Of a stretch of 64,000 nt of DNA, positions 63,027-64,000 are shown in pieces. Source of the DNA: Bordetella parapertussis (lineage in GTDB: Bacteria; Pseudomonadota; Gammaproteobacteria; Burkholderiales; SG8-39). The notes beneath the pieces were generated by a model that saw only the letters and a program-made list of their open reading frames with translations, did no database searches and was not told where the DNA came from. Within the stretch, counting starts at the first letter, position 1. The number at the start of each line of letters is the position of its first letter. A program made the position numbers and the translations under genes. The DNA is taken from contig CAMDFL010000002.1 of NCBI GenBank assembly GCA_945897475.1, positions 4,368 through 68,367 of the forward strand, in the 5' to 3' direction.

Positions 63027-64000
63027 ATGAACCCATCGAAGGCTTTATCCCTATGCGCCGCGGTCGCGGCCAGTTCGACTTTTTCGCTCAGTGCGATTGC
63101 GCAAGCCTATCCAGGCAAGCCAATAAAGGTCATCGTTGCCGTGGCGCCTGGCCCTGGCGTGGATTATGTGGCGCGCGCGCTTGGCCCCAAGATGATCGAG
63201 GATCTGGGCCAGCCCCTGGTTTTCGAGAATCAAGCCGGCGGCAATGGCATCATCGCTAGCTCCGCTGTAGCGCGCGCATCACCCGATGGTTATACGTTTT
63301 TGATGGCCACGCCCAGCATGATCATCACCGCCATGCTGCTCACCAAGGGCATTCCCTACGATTCGCTGAAGGACTTCGCGCCGGTGACCGCTGCGGTGGA
63401 GCCCTATACCTCGCTTATCGTCAACCCTTCGGTTCCCGCCAACAATGTGCGTGAACTGGTTGAGTGGGTCAAAAAGAATCCGGGCAAAGTGGCGTATGCC
63501 AGTTCCGGTATAGGATCGGTGTTTCACATGGTAGGGGAGCTCTTCAACCAGGCGGCAGGCACCGATATCCTGCACGTTCCCTATAAATCGGTGCCGCCGG
63601 CTGTGCAGGCGGTGGTCGCCAATGAAGTGCCGATGAGCTACGCCGCGGTATCCAACGCTCTGCCTCAGGTGCGCGGGGGCAAGGTGCGAATGATTGCTAT
63701 CCTCGAGAAAAATCGCTTCCCGCGCATGGCCGACATGCCAACCGTAGGCGAGGCGCTGCCCGGATTCGAGAAACCGCCGTCGTGGTTCGGCTACCTCGCG
63801 CCCGCCGGCACGCCGCCTGCGGTGCTGAACCGTGTTCAAGCTTCCGTGGTGAAGGCAATGGCCACCCCCGAGGTCAAGAAGAGTTTCGACGATCTCGCCC
63901 TTGGCATCATCGGCAACACGCCTACCGAATTTGCCGCGCAGATCCGCAGTGGTTTCGCGGTATACGCGAGTGCGATCAAGATTGCGGGCTTGAAACCGGA
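63027..64000 (+). CDS. Bug/TctC-family substrate-binding protein (3' end beyond right edge)
   Basis: ATG 63027 after GAGGAA. My own translation reads MNPSKALSLCAAVAASSTFSLSAIAQAYPGKPIKVIVAVAPGPG...FENQAGGNG...PDGYT..., open to nt 64000. Not in the ORF track because no stop lies in the window. Confidence 0.85.
   Translation, partial: MNPSKALSLCAAVAASSTFSLSAIAQAYPGKPIKVIVAVAPGPGVDYVARALGPKMIEDLGQPLVFENQAGGNGIIASSAVARASPDGYTFLMATPSMIITAMLLTKGIPYDSLKDFAPVTAAVEPYTSLIVNPSVPANNVRELVEWVKKNPGKVAYASSGIGSVFHMVGELFNQAAGTDILHVPYKSVPPAVQAVVANEVPMSYAAVSNALPQVRGGKVRMIAILEKNRFPRMADMPTVGEALPGFEKPPSWFGYLAPAGTPPAVLNRVQASVVKAMATPEVKKSFDDLALGIIGNTPTEFAAQIRSGFAVYASAIKIAGLKP

Noticed and set aside
62731-63036. N-terminal 102 codons of track ORF 61723-63036
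   Set aside because: The extension covers the divergent promoter region. ATG 62730 with AGGAG gives a standard Bug leader.
1-64000. Scan for tRNA, rRNA, CRISPR arrays, transposases, integrases and phage blocks
   Set aside because: The intergenic spaces are short (mostly under 300 bp). None shows a cloverleaf-like structure, spaced direct repeats with unique spacers, or DDE/tyrosine-recombinase motifs. Nothing is reported.

Overview
High-GC, gene-dense chromosomal segment. It looks betaproteobacterial (Burkholderiales-type), inferred from 11 intact and 1 decayed Bug/TctC-family periplasmic binding-protein genes, none with tctA/tctB partners. I support about 60 CDS and 2 pseudogenes. I recognised no rRNA, tRNA, CRISPR array, transposase or integrase. 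Content in order: (1) aromatic-ring oxidation genes: a benzoate/anthranilate-type Rieske alpha/beta pair, an extradiol dioxygenase fragment, two alpha-only Rieske oxygenases, a crotonase and a HIBADH-like dehydrogenase; (2) a DUF4160-like gene broken by a 13-nt tandem duplication, next to an HTH gene; (3) an orphan form-II CoxL-like molybdoenzyme subunit; (4) stand-alone rtcB behind a leader terminator; (5) a prkA(yeaG)-yeaH-spoVR(ycgB) operon; (6) an FMN 2-hydroxyacid dehydrogenase; (7) a 1933-aa tandem double UvrA paralogue; (8) a six-gene unit joining a Tat-exported IorAB-like molybdoenzyme to soxXYZA, with no soxB/soxCD in the window, a SoxY that lacks the GGCGG tail, and a 6 x 13-bp tandem array upstream; (9) a GGDEF cyclase and an SDR; (10) a lemA-M48 peptidase pair preceded by a 4 x 19-bp tandem array; (11) a second aromatic-acid island: NagGH-like oxygenase, MFS transporter, ACMSD-type and dihydroxyphthalate-type decarboxylases, flavin reductase and a MetE-like protein; (12) a flavoprotein+ferredoxin operon; (13) a dense run of Bug genes interrupted by a mazEF-type module, an OxyR-like regulator with Ala at position 208, and a LigB-type dioxygenase. 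A ~24-bp intergenic repeat family (AATYGGGGTCAGAGTNACATTAAC) occurs six times. Starts were re-picked where the ORF track over-extends. All functional calls come from reading motifs in the translations; no database search was possible.
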